The notes under the pieces were generated by a model. That model was not told the DNA's origin, did not search any database, and saw only the letters and a program-made list of their open reading frames with translations. Of a stretch of 64,000 bases of DNA, positions 36,901-49,889 are shown in pieces. A program made the position numbers and the translations under genes. Every line of letters starts with the position of its first letter. The first letter of the stretch is position 1. This DNA is from Eukaryota sp. TZLM1-RC (taxonomy: Eukaryota; Protista; Metamonada: BaSk clade), in NCBI GenBank assembly GCA_040285825.1, contig JAUPSS010000010.1, positions 1 to 64,000 of the forward strand, written 5' to 3'.

Positions 36901-38108
36901 AAAGCCATTTATTTTCTTCAGCAATTTTGGGTGGTATTGGTTTTACTAAATCTTCAATTTTGTGTCAATCAGCATTCTTGGGTGGTGGCAAAAATTTTAT
37001 TTATGAATTTTCTCGTAGATTTCCTGATGATTCACATCTGTTAGTCCCCAATTGTAGTCCCTATTTGTATGAGTTATCTTGTGAACTTGAAAAATTACCG
37101 CCACAAATTTGGACCAAATGTTTTCCTCAATCAATTCAAGAAATTCCAAACCGATCTCTATTTAATTTACAGTTTTGCTGTAAAAAGCTTCAACAAAAAT
37201 TGTCAAAGATTTTTGAAAGCTTGGATTTTGATGTTAGACTTGGCTTGGCCAAGAAATCCCGCTTTTGCAAATCTTTTACAAGATATGTGTGACAGTACTT
37301 CTTCTGCCTTAGTAACAACAATTCCACAAGTTTATGGTTCTCTCTTATCCGATTCTGCTTGGACTCTGAATATGAGATTTCGTTCCTTTATCTGGCCTGA
37401 TAATTTACCTCATAATTTAATTTGTAAATGTTCTCGAGAAATTACAACTACTCATTTGTTAAATTGTAAACATTTTATTACTTTTTAGAAGCAAGGTTCA
37501 TGATGCTGTAAGAGACCAGTTATATTGTATGTGTAAATCTCATAGAATTGAATCCTTCTTGGAACCTTTGTTGTCAAATCTGTTTGATGCTGAAAATGAT
37601 TTTCATAAGAATAATAGAGGTGATGTCATATTACCTGGATTAGATGGAAGCTTTATTTTATTGGATGTAATGTCTGTTGATCCTTGTAATGCCTCAAATG
37701 AAAGGCTTGTTAATTCTGAAATTCATAATCCCCTTTCAAATGCTGAAAATTTTAAATTCAAAAAATACAATGAACCTTTGTCCAAATTGGCCAGTCTACA
37801 GCATGCAAAATACAATTTGTATCCATTTGTATTTTCCCTTTTTGGTTCACTTGCACCAACTGCTTTACGTTTTTTGGATGATTTTGAAATGATTGTAAAG
37901 AGAAGAACTGGCAGAAATTTCAACAGATTGTTTTGGCACAATAGAATTGTGTTTTCTATTTTTAAGGGGATGTTGAAGATGGTTTCTGATGCTTTGCTTT
38001 CTCTTGGATCTCACTATGAGAGAGTTGCATCTAGTGTTTTTGTTTTGGGAGAGATGGATTTTTTAGATGTTGATTTATAGGTTTAGAATAAAATTAAATT
38101 TTAAAAAA
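33919..38108 (+). mobile_element. Full-length family A with a nested same-strand truncated A (35383-36079)
   Basis: 18-bp outer TSD; inner TSD TCATCAATTTGGAAT at 35368-35382 and 36080-36094; ORFs 34202-35398, 36333-37292, 37529-38080. Confidence 0.93.
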
Positions 38109-41100
38109 AAACTTCTCCAATAAATTGTTTAACTGGGAATAAATTTCATCCAAATTGCCAAGCCAACATCCAAGAAACTTAAAAGCTTGTTGGTCATAAT
38201 TGATAAAAGGAATCTGAGCTCCACCAATCATCAAAGATTGTTTTTCTCTACCAATCAAGAGACATTTAGATGGGTTCAAAGCTAATCCAATTTCTTTGTA
38301 TTTCGCCGCAATGTCTTCAGAGACCCTAGAAATGCTTTCAAAAGAACCAATAAGTTTATGGTACTTTTTATTACTTTTAGAAGCAAGGTTCATGATGCTG
38401 TAAGAGACCAGTTATATTGTATGTGTAAATCTCATAGAATTGAATCCTTCTTGGAACCTCTGTTGTCAAATCTGTTTGATGCTGAAAATGATTTTCATAA
38501 GAATAATAGAGGTGATGTCATATTACCTGGATTAGATGGAAGCTTTATTTTATTGGATGTAATGTCTGTTGATCCTTGTAATGCCTCAAATGAAAGGCTT
38601 GTTAATTCTGAAATTCATAATCCCCTTTCAAATGCTGAAAATTTTAAATTCAAAAAATACAATGAACCTTTGTCCAAATTGGCCAGTCTACAGCATGCAA
38701 AATACAATTTGTATCCATTTGTATTTTCCCTTTTTGGTTCACTTGCACCAACTGCTTTACGTTTTTTGGATGATTTTGAAATGATTGTAAAGAGAAGAAC
38801 TGGCAGAAATTTCAACAGATTGTTTTGGCAAAATAGAATTGTGTTTTCTATTTTTAAGGGGATGTTGAAGATGGTTTCTGATGCTTTGCTTTCTCTTGGA
38901 TCTCACTATGAGAGAGTTGCATCTAGTGTTTTTGTTTTGGGAGAGATGGATTTTTTAGATGTTGATTTATAGGTTTAGAATAAAATTAAATTTAAAAAAA
39001 AAGTTTATGGTACTCTCTTATCCGATTCTGCTTGGACTCTGAATATGAGATTTCGTTCCTTTATCTGGCCTGATAATTTACCTCATAATTTAATTTGTAA
39101 ATGTTCTCGAGAAATTACAACTACTCATTTGTTAAATTGTAAACATTTTATTACTTTTAGAAGCAAGGTTCATGATGCTGTAAGAGACCAGTTATATTGT
39201 ATGTGTAAATCTCATAGAATTGAATCCTTCTTGGAACCTTTGTTGTCAAATCTGTTTGATGCTGAAAATGATTTTCATAAGAATAATAGAGGTGATGTCA
39301 TATTACCTGGATTAGATGGAAGCTTCATTTTATTGGATGTAATGTCTGTTGATCCTTGTAATGCCTCAAATGAAAGGCTTGTTAATTCTGAAATTCATAA
39401 TCCCCTTTCAAATGCTGAAAATTTTAAATTCAAAAAATACAATGAACCTTTGTCCAAATTGGCCAGTCTACAGCATGCAAAATACAATTTGTATCCATTT
39501 GTATTTTCCCTTTTTGGTTCACTTGCACCAACTGCTTTACGTTTTTTGGATGATTTTGAAATGATTGTAAAGAGAAGAACTGGCAGAAATTTCAACAGAT
39601 TGTTTTGGCAAAATAGAATTGTGTTTTCTATTTTTAAGGGGATGTTGAAGATGGTTTCTGATGCTTTGCTTTCTCTTGGATCTCACTATGAGAGAGTTGC
39701 ATCTAGTGTTTTTGTTTTGGGAGAGATGGATTTTTTAGATGTTGATTTATAGGTTTAGAATAAAATTAAATTTTAAAAACAAACTTCTCCAATAAATTGT
39801 TTAACTGGGAATAAATTTCATCCAAATTGCCAAGCCAACATCCAAGAAACTTAAAAGCTTGTTGGTCATAATTGATAAAAGGAATCTGAGCTCCACCAAT
39901 CATCAAAGATTGTTTTTCTCTACCAATCAAGAGACATTTAGATGGGTTCAAAGCTAATCCCAATTTCTTTGTATTTCGCCGCAATGTCTTCAGAGACCCT
40001 AGAAATGCTTTCAAAAGAACCAATAAGTTTATGGTACTTTTTATTACTTTTAGAAGCAAGGTTCATGATGCTGTAAGAGACCAGTTATATTGTATGTGTA
40101 AATCTCATAGAATTGAATCCTTCTTGGAACCTCTGTTGTCAAATCTGTTTGATGCTGAAAATGATTTTCATAAGAATAATAGAGGTGATGTCATATTACC
40201 TGGATTAGATGGAAGCTTTATTTTATTGGATGTAATGTCTGTTGATCCTTGTAATGCCTCAAATGAAAGGCTTGTTAATTCTGAAATTCATAATCCCCTT
40301 TCAAATGCTGAAAATTTTAAATTCAAAAAATACAATGAACCTTTGTCCAAATTGGCCAGTCTACAGCATGCAAAATACAATTTGTATCCATTTGTATTTT
40401 CCCTTTTTGGTTCACTTGCACCAACTCCTTTACGTTTTTTGGATGATTTTGAAATGATTGTAAAGAGAAGAACTGGCAGAAATTTCAACAGATTGTTTTG
40501 GCACAATAGAATTGTGTTTTCTATTTTTAAGGGGATGTTGAAGATGGTTTCTGATGCTTTGCTTTCTCTTGGATCTCACTATGAGAGAGTTGCATCTAGT
40601 GTTTTTGTTTTGGGAGAGATGGATTTTTTAGATGTTGATTTATAGGTTTAGAATAAAATTAAATTTAAAAAAAAAGTTTATGGTACTCTCTTATCCGATT
40701 CTGCTTGGACTCTGAATATGAGATTTCGTTCCTTTATCTGGCCTGATAATTTACCTCATAATTTAATTTGTAAATGTTCTCGAGAAATTACAACTACTCA
40801 TTTGTTAAATTGTAAACATTTTATTACTTTTAGAAGCAAGGTTCATGATGCTGTAAGAGACCAGTTATATTGTATGTGTAAATCTCATAGAATTGAATCC
40901 TTCTTAGAACCTCTGTTGTCAAATTTGTTTGATGCTGAAAATGATTTTCATAAGAATAATAGAGGTGATGTCATATTACCTGGATTAGATGGAAGCTTCA
41001 TTTTATTGGATGTAATGTCTGTTGATCCTTGTAATGCCTCAAATGAAAGGCTTGTTAATTCTGAAATTCATAATCCCCTTTCAAATGCTGAAAATTTTAA

Positions 41101-41128
41101 ATTCAAAAAATACAATGAACCTTTGTCC
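38109..41128. repeat. Tandem duplication, period ~1.67 kb (C fragment minus plus two truncated A plus)
   Basis: ORF pairs 38358/40031 and 39045/40718 are offset by 1673; TSD AAGTTTATGGTACT at 38352 and 39001. Confidence 0.88.
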
Positions 41129-41254
41129 ATCAGGTTTGTCACCTTTACCAGGTTTAACTAAAGCAACTAAACGGGCAGCAGTCAATTCAGGCGGAGGAAC
41201 ATAATTCAAACACATTGAATTTTGAAAATAGGAAGCAAGATCCTCAACAATTTC

Positions 41255-43087
41255 TTTTAATTTTTAATTCTTTTAATCTGGATTCTTTATCAGGAGTTAA
41301 ACAAGGAGACCCTTTAGGTCCTTTCTTTTTTTGTCTTGCAATTCACCCAATTTTGAAAAAATTAAAAGAAGAAAATTCTGACCTTCAAGTGGTAGCTTAC
41401 ATGGATGACATTTCTTGTATTGGTCCAGAAAGTACAATTAATAGGGTTGCTAATGAAGCTGCTACATTATACCAATCCATAGGTCTTGATTTGAATGTTC
41501 AAAAATGTTTTTGTATTTCTAGAAAAAATGTTAAGTTAATAATTAATTCCCTCGAAGTTCCATATATTGATTATACTTCAACTAGTTTCTGCTTTCTGGG
41601 TTGCTATTTAGGTTCCGCCGAAAAGACACTTGACAGTCTTGAAAATTATTTAAATTCAATTAAAAAAGAGCTAGAAGTCATAAAGGCTCTTGAATTGGAA
41701 AAACATCTTAAGTTTTTTCTTTTGAAAATTTGTTATGCTGGAAAAATTACTCATTTACTGCGATCATTACCTCCATCCCTAACTTACAATTTTTGTAGAC
41801 AATTTAACAAAATACGTACCCAATTTTTGGCTTATTTAATGTCTGTTGATCCATCAATTTTGAAAAATCATATTTTTTCTGATGTTCAACTTGGCGGTGT
41901 TGGATTCAATTCATCAAAATATTTGACCAAAGCTGCATTTATTGGTGGTGGAAAAAATTTTGTATTTGAATTCTCTAGAAGATATCCTTTGCCGAAAATC
42001 TTCTTGAAAATACAAATAGCATATTCCTGGATAACTTAAGACAAGAAATATCCAGTTTATCTCCCGACTTATGGCAATCATGTTTCCCCATATCCATTCA
42101 AGAAATTCCAGACAGAAGTTTATATTCATTAAAATTTGCGTTGAAAAAGCTCTAACGACATCTTTTGAAAAATTTTGAAAGCAAGGATTTTATTGTTCGA
42201 CTTAGCACGGCTAAGAAAGAAAATCCTACTTTTGCCAATTTTTGATTGATTTGAAGGACAGTTCATCTGCAGTTTTGATAAATCAAATTCCCCAGATTTA
42301 TGGTCTATTTTTGAATGACGACCAATGGACTACTGCTATGAGAATGCGTTGTTATTTATGGCCTTGTAATTTGCCCAATGATTTGTTTTGTAAATGTGGA
42401 GCTGGTTTGACATTATCACATTTATTTAATTGTAATAGATATATTTCCTATCGTTCTACGTTGCATGATGCAGTCAGAGATCAAATCCATGCAATGTGTA
42501 ATTCCTATCATATTGAATCTTTTGTTGAACCTTTGTTGAGGTCTCTTGATATAAATGAAAGCGTAAGAGATTCAGAATATGGAAAACGACGTGCTGATGT
42601 TGTTGTGCCCTCGTTTGATGATGTCATGAATGTTGCTGATGTCGTAACAGTGGATGTTTGCAGAAAAATGCCTTGAAAATGCTCAATCCGAAGTATCCCC
42701 CCTTGATGACTCCGAATTGTACAAACGGAAAAAGTATGCAAATCCTTTAAAAGAATTGAAACATGTTCGCCATGTAGATTACCAAATTTGCCCATTTGCT
42801 ATATCGTTGTATGGTCGTCTTGGAAAAACTGCTTTGAATTTTATTGATGATTTTGAAAATCTTGTGAAAAAAAGAATGAATAAGCGTTTTGATCGTCGCT
42901 TGTGGCTAAATCGTATTGTTTTTACTATTTTCAAATCAATTCCTAAAATGATTTCGAAAGCTTTAATGTCTGTCAGTGCACATTATGAAAACATTGCTGC
43001 TGTAAGGTTTGATGGTGTGGAAGCTTGTTTTGAAGATATTGACTTTTAGACTGTGGTTTAACAATAAAATAAAATCAATTAAAAAAA
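41255..43087 (+). mobile_element. 5'-truncated family B
   Basis: TSD AACAATTTC at 41246-41254 and 43088-43096; ORFs 41215-42039, 42242-42676, 42654-43049. Confidence 0.9.
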
Positions 43088-43633
43088 AACAATTTCAGGA
43101 GCATTTTTACAGGCAGTTTTCAACAAATCAAAGAAAATGCCTGAAGGACCAGCAGCTTTTCCTTTTGGTAATTTAGCAACGGCATTCAATACTTCTTGAG
43201 CCTGAAATGGATTTTCGAGCCAATATTGACAAATAGAAGGCTTACTGGGGCAAAAATTTTCAGTTGGATGGAGGGATTTCAATTTTTCAACAGTTTCGAG
43301 ATTGTTATCAGCCAGTTTTCCCGAAAAAATATTTTTTAATCCGCTTCCATATCTACCTCTCAAAAACAATTTTCTTGCTTGAAAAGATGAATTAGCTTTT
43401 CTCTGTTTTGGTTTGTAATTAATTTTCTTCTTATTCTTTTTGGCAAAGAATTTCCAAAATCTTGTTATGTTCCATTTGTTTAATTTCAATTGCGAAGAAA
43501 AAGAACGCATTTCCATTGACATAGGAACAGAACTGGCAGGACTCACCTATACAGGAATTTTAACAGGTGCACGAAGAGAATCACTTGTTTGACAGTCAAA
43601 ACAAAACAAGAGAGGGCGACCATTAGAAGAATT

Positions 43634-44548
43634 TTTTTTTTCAATTACTTTTAATTTATTTTCAAAACCACAGTCTAAAAGTCAATATCTTCAAAACAAG
43701 CTTCCACACCATCAAACCTTACAGCAGCAATGTTTTCATAATGTGCACTGACAGACATTAAAGCTTTCGAAATCATTTTAGGAATTGATTTGAAAATAGT
43801 AAAAACAATACGATTTAGCCACAAGCGACGATCAAAACGCTTATTCATTCTTTTTTTTACAAGATTTTCAAAATCATCAATAAAATTCAAAGCAGTTTTT
43901 CCAAGACGACCATACAACGATATAGCAAATGGGCAAATTTGGTAATCTACATGGCGAACATGTTTCAATTCTTTTAAAGGATTTGCATACTTTTTCCGTT
44001 TGTACAATTCGGAGTCATCAAGGGGGGATACTTCGGATTGAGCATTTTTCAAGGCATTTTTCTTGCAAACATCCACTGTGACGACATCAACAACATTCAT
44101 GACATCGTCAAACGAGGGCACAACAACATCAGCACGTCGTTTTCCATATTCTGAATCTCTTACGCTTTCATTTATATCAAGAGACCTCAACAAAGGTTCT
44201 ACAAAAGATTCAATATGATAGGAATTACACATTGCATGGATTTGATCTCTGACTGCATCATGCAACGTAGAACGATAGGAAATATATCTATTACAATTAA
44301 ATAAATGTGATAATGTCAAACCAGCTCCACATTTACAAAACAAATCATTGGGCAAATTACAAGGCCATAAATAACAACGCATTCTCATAGCAGTGGTCCA
44401 TTGGTCGTCATTCAAAAATAGACCATAAATCTGGGGAATTTGATTTATCAAAACTGCAGATGAACTGTCCTTCAAATCAATCAAAAAATTGGCAAAAGCA
44501 GGATTTTCTTTCTTAGCCGTGCTAAGTCGAACAATAAAATCAAGAATA
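43634..44548 (-). mobile_element. 5'-truncated family B
   Basis: TSD ATTAGAAGAATT at 43622-43633 and 44549-44560; intact 269-aa C-terminal ORF. Confidence 0.9.
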
Positions 44549-45200
44549 ATTAGAAGAATTAGAGAGGAACTTTTTGCAAAAAGGACAATTATGTTTCAAG
44601 ACATTATCCGTAGGATCAGGAGCAACAGTTTTTGGTAAATGAGTTTGATCAATATTTAAATCATAATTAACATCATCAGCAGAAACATTGGGAACAGGAG
44701 GAAGATTCAATTCGGATGGCGTTTGCAAACTATTAACAATAGAAATATTGGTTTTCAGTCTCATTTTTTCGGTAATAATATCAGGACATTTTCTAATGTT
44801 ATGACCAACCTTGCCACATTTGGAACAGGTTTGTCTTCTTTTTTGCACTTTTTCAGACATAATATCAGGGGCTTCACACAAAGGCAAAAAATCTTTTTTA
44901 AAAATTTTCAAATTTTTTTGAGAAGAATTTAAAAATATTTTGATTTGTGAAAATCCAGGCCACCCAATTCTGTGCTACAAAAAATATGACTACGTAAAAA
45001 AGAAGAATCAATATCGAGCAAATTAGCCAAAAATTTTGTTCTTAATTCATTAAAAATTCTGCAAAATTCGAGAGAAATAGATGGTGATGTTGATCGTAAA
45101 ATATGAGTAAATTTCCCTGAATAACAAATTCTGAGGAAGAAAAATTCAAGATGTTTTTCAATATTTAAATCTGAAAGAACCATCAATTCTTCTTCAAAAT

Positions 45201-46381
45201 GGTATTGGTTTTACTAAATCTTCAATTTTGTGTCAATCAGCATTCTTGGGTGGTGGCAAAAATTTTATTTATGAATTTTCTCGTAGATTTCCTGATGATT
45301 CTCATCTGTTAGTCCCCAATTGTAGTCCCTATTTGTATGAGTTATCTTGTGAACTTGAAAAATTACCGCCACAAATTTGGACCAAATGTTTTCCTCAATC
45401 AATTCAAGAAATTCCAAACCGATCTCTATTTAATTTACAGTTTTGCTGTAAAAAGCTTCAACAAAAATTGTCAAAGATTTTTGAAAGCTTGGATTTTGAT
45501 GTTAGACTTGGCTTGGCCAAGAAAAAGAATCCCGCTTTTGCAAATCTTTTACAAGATATGTGTGACAGTACTTCTTCTGCCTTAGTAACAACAATTCCAC
45601 AAGTTTATGGTACTCTCTTATCCGATTCTGCTTGGACTCTGAATATGAGATTTCGTTCCTTTATCTGGCCTGATAATTTACCTCATAATTTAATTTGTAA
45701 ATGTTCTCGAGAAATTACAACTACTCATTTGTTAAATTGTAAACATTTTATTACTTTTAGAAGCAAGGTTCATGATGCTGTAAGAGACCAGTTATATTGT
45801 ATGTGTAAATCTCATAGAATTGAATCCTTCTTGGAACCTCTGTTGTCAAATCTGTTTGATGCTGAAAATAATTTTCATAAGAATAATAGAGGTGATGTCA
45901 TATTACCTGGATTAGATGGAAGTTTCATTTTATTGGATGTAATGTCTGTTGATCCTTGTAATGCCTCAAATGAAAGGCTTGTTAATTCTGAAATTCATAA
46001 TCCCCTTTCAAATGCTGAAAATTTTAAATTCAAAAAATACAATGAACCTTTGTCCAAATTGGCCAATCTACAACATGCAAAATACAATTTGTATCCATTT
46101 GTATTTTCCCTTTTTGGTTCACTTGCACCAACTGCTTTACGTTTTTTGGATGATTTTGAAATGATTGTAAAGAGAAGAACTGGCAGAAATTTCAACAGAT
46201 TATTTTGGCAAAATAGAATTGTGTTTTCTATTTTTAAGGGGATGTTGAAGATGGTTTCTGATGCTTTGCTTTCTCTTGGATCTCACTATGAGAGAGTTGC
46301 ATCTAGTGTTTTTGTTTTGGGAGAGATGGATTTTTTAGATGTTGATTTATAGGTTTAGAATAAAATTAAATTTTAAAAAAA
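45201..46381 (+). mobile_element. 5'-truncated family A inserted in a D (minus) fragment (44931-46437)
   Basis: TSD AATTCTTCTTCAAAAT at 45185-45200 and 46382-46397; intact 374-aa ORF. Confidence 0.92.
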
Positions 46382-46576
46382 AATTCTTCTTCAAAATTAT
46401 CCAAAAGAGAGGAAAGTTGATTTCGAATTTCATCAAAAAGCTTTGATGTCTGTCAGTGCACATTACGAAGAAATTGCTGTTGTGAGGTTTGATGGTGTGG
46501 AAGCTTGTTTTGAAGATATTGACTTTTAGACTGTAGTTTAATAATAAATTAAAATTAAGAAAAAAATTTCATCAAA

Positions 46577-48025
46577 TTTTTTTAAAAAATTTAGTTTTAT
46601 TCTAAACCTATAAAGCAACATCTAAAAAATCCATCTCTCCCAAAACAAAAACACTAGATGCAACTCTCTCATAGTGAGATCCAAGAGAAAGCAAAGCATC
46701 AGAAACCATCTTCAACATCCCCTTAAAAATAGAAAACACAATTCTATTTTGCCAAAACAATCTGTTGAAATTTCTGCCAGTTCTTCTCTTTACAATCATT
46801 TCAAAATCATCCAAAAAACGTAAAGCAGTTGGTGCAAGTGAACCAAAAAGGGAAAATACAAATGGATACAAATTGTATTTTGCATGCTGTAGACTGGCCA
46901 ATTTGGACAAAGGTTCATTGTATTTTTTGAATTTAAAATTTTCAGCATTTGAAAGGGGATTATGAATTTCAGAATTAACAAGCCTTTCATTTGAGGCATT
47001 ACAAGGATCAACAGACATTACATCCAATAAAATGAAGCTTCCATCTAATCCAGGTAATATGACATCACCTCTATTATTCTTATGAAAATCATTTTCAGCA
47101 TCAAACAGATTTGACAACATAGGTTCCAAGAAGGATTCAATTCTATGAGATTTACACATACAATATAACTGGTCTCTTACAGCATCATGAACCTTGCTTC
47201 TAAAAGTAATAAAAAGTACCATAAACTTATTGGTTCTTTTGAAAGCATTTCTAGGGTCTCTGAAGACATTGCGGCGAAATACAAAGAAATTGGGATTAGC
47301 TTTGAACCCATCTAAATGTCTCTTGATTGGTAGAGAAAAACAATCTTTGATGATTGGTGGAGCTCAGATTCCTTTTATCAATTATGACCAACAAGCTTTT
47401 AAGTTTCTTGGATGTTGGCTTGGCAATTTGGATGAAATTTATTCCCAGTTAAACAATTTATTGGAGAAGTTTGTTTTTAAAATTTAATTTTATTCTAAAC
47501 CTATAAAGCAACATCTAAAAAATCCATCTCTCCCAAAACAAAAACACTAGATGCAACTCTCTCATAGTGAGATCCAAGAGAAAGCAAAGCATCAGAAACC
47601 ATCTTCAACATCCCCTTAAAAATAGAAAACACAATTCTATTTTGCCAAAACAATCTGTTGAAATTTCTGCCAGTTCTTCTCTTTACAATCATTTCAAAAT
47701 CATCCAAAAAACGTAAAGCAGTTGGTGCAAGTGAACCAAAAAGGGAAAATACAAATGGATACAAATTGTATTTTGCATGCTGTAGACTGGCCAATTTGGA
47801 CAAAGGTTCATTGTATTTTTTGAATTTAAAATTTTCAGCATTTGAAAGGGGATTATGAATTTCAGAATTAACAAGCCTTTCATTTGAGGCATTACAAGGA
47901 TCAACAGACATTACATCCAATAAAATGAAGCTTCCATCTAATCCAGGTAATATGACATCACCTCTATTATTCTTATGAAAATCATTTTCAGCATCAAACA
48001 GATTTGACAACATAGGTTCCAAGAA
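46577..48025 (-). repeat. Inverted copy of the A-C-A unit found at ~39230-40670
   Basis: Same junctions; ORF 47194-47487 is identical to 39766-40059. Confidence 0.85.
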
Positions 48026-48029
48026 TAAT

Positions 48030-49802
48030 GACCCTTTAGGTCCATTATTGTTTTGTTTGGCTATTCACAAAACTTTAAATATCATTAAGCAAAAATACCC
48101 TTCTATAAAAATAGTTGCTTATATGGATGATATATCCTTGATTGGTTCATTTGATTTACTAGAATTGGTTGCTCAAGAAATTGCCGATTCATATGAAAAT
48201 ATTGGGCTTCATCTTAATGCCAGCAAATGCCTTCTGATTGGCTCTTCTGCTCAAGACCTCGTGATAAACGATTCTATTGTCCCTTTTACTAATTATAGTA
48301 GTGATGCTTTTAAGTTCCTTGGTTGTTGGTTAGGAAATGTGCCTCAAATTCAGAATGAATTGCAAGTTATTTTGGAAAAAATGAAAATTGAACTTGATTC
48401 AATTTCTTCTTTAGATATAGAAAAGCATATTAAATTTTTTTATGCTTAAAATTTGCTACACTGGGAGAATAACCCACATTTTGAGATCTTGTGCTCCTTC
48501 CATAGCATTAGATTTTTTGTCGTTCTTTTAATTCATTGAGAACAGAATTTTTTTGCTGATTTATTGGATGTAGAACCAGGAATGTTGAAAAGCCATTTAT
48601 TTTCTTCAGCAAATTTGGGGGGTATTGGATTTACTAAATCTTCAATTTTGTGTCAATCAGCATTCTTGGGTGGTGGCAAAAATTTTATTTATGAATTTTC
48701 TCGTAGATTTCCTGATGATTCTCATCTGTTAGTCCCCAATTGTAGTCCCTATTTGTATGAGTTATCTTGTGAACTTGAAAAATTACCGCCACAAATTTGG
48801 ACCAAATGTTTTCCTCAATCAATTCAAGAAATTCCAAACCGATCTCTATTTAATTTACAGTTTTGCTGTAAAAAGCTTCAACAAAAATTGTCAAAGATTT
48901 TTGAAAGCTTGGATTTTGATGTTAGACTTGGCTTGGCCAAGAAAAAGAATCCCGCTTTTGCAAATCTTTTTACAAGATATGTGTGACAGTACTTCTTCTG
49001 CCTTAGTAACAACAATTCCACAAGTTTATGGTACTCTCTTATCCGATTCTGCTTGGACTCTGAATATGAGATTTCGTTCCTTTATCTGGCCTGATAATTT
49101 ACCTCATAATTTAATTTGTAAATGTTCTCGAGAAATTACAACTACTCATTTGTTAAATTGTAAACATTTTATTACTTTTAGAAGCAAGGTTCATGATGCT
49201 GTAAGAGACCAGTTATATTGTATGTGTAAATCTCATAGAATTGAATCCTTCTTAGAACCTCTGTTGTCAAATTTGTTTGATGCTGAAAATGATTTTCATA
49301 AGAATAATAGAGGTGATGTCATATTACCTGGATTAGATGGAAGCTTCATTTTATTGGATGTAATGTCTGTTGATCCTTGTAATGCCTCAAATGAAAGGCT
49401 TGTTAATTCTGAAATTCATAATCCCCTTTCAAATGCTGAAAATTTTAAATTCAAAAAATACAATGAACCTTTGTCCAAATTGGCCAGTCTACAGCATGCA
49501 AAATACAATTTGTATCCATTTGTATTTTCCCTTTTTGGTTCACTTGCACCAACTGCTTTACGTTTTTTGGATGATTTTGAAATGATTGTAAAGAGAAGAA
49601 CTGGCAGAAATTTCAACAGATTGTTTTGGCAAAATAGAATTGTGTTTTCTATTTTTAAGGGGATGTTGAAGATGGTTTCTGATGCTTTGCTTTCTCTTGG
49701 ATCTCACTATGAGAGAGTTGCATCTAGTGTTTTTGTTTTGGGAGAGATGGATTTTTTAGATGTTGATTTATAGGTTTAGAATAAAATTAAATTTAAAAAA
49801 AA
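48030..49802 (+). mobile_element. 5'-truncated family A from the PLGP motif to poly(A)
   Basis: ORFs 48048-48449, 48564-48986, 48757-49773. Confidence 0.9.
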
Positions 49803-49889
49803 ACTCATTTGTTAAATTGTAAACATTTTATTACTTTTAGAAGCAAGGTTCATGATGCTGTAAGAGACCAGTTATATTGTATGTGTAAA

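Larger units (their letters stand above)
30530..38351 (-). mobile_element. One family C copy split in three (30530-31873, 33768-33918, 38109-38351) by two A insertions
   Basis: Pieces are colinear in protein; TSDs AAAAATTGAGAGA (31861/33768) and AAACTTCTCCAATAAATT (33901/38109). Confidence 0.9.
41129..44925 (-). mobile_element. 5' half of a further element (possibly C or F) split by two B insertions: 41129-41254, 43088-43633, 44549-44925
   Basis: CSKCGKVGHNIRKC, CPFC..CFDC, KAAGPSG, EIVEDLASYF..ARLVALVKPG; colinear across the TSDs. Confidence 0.85.
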
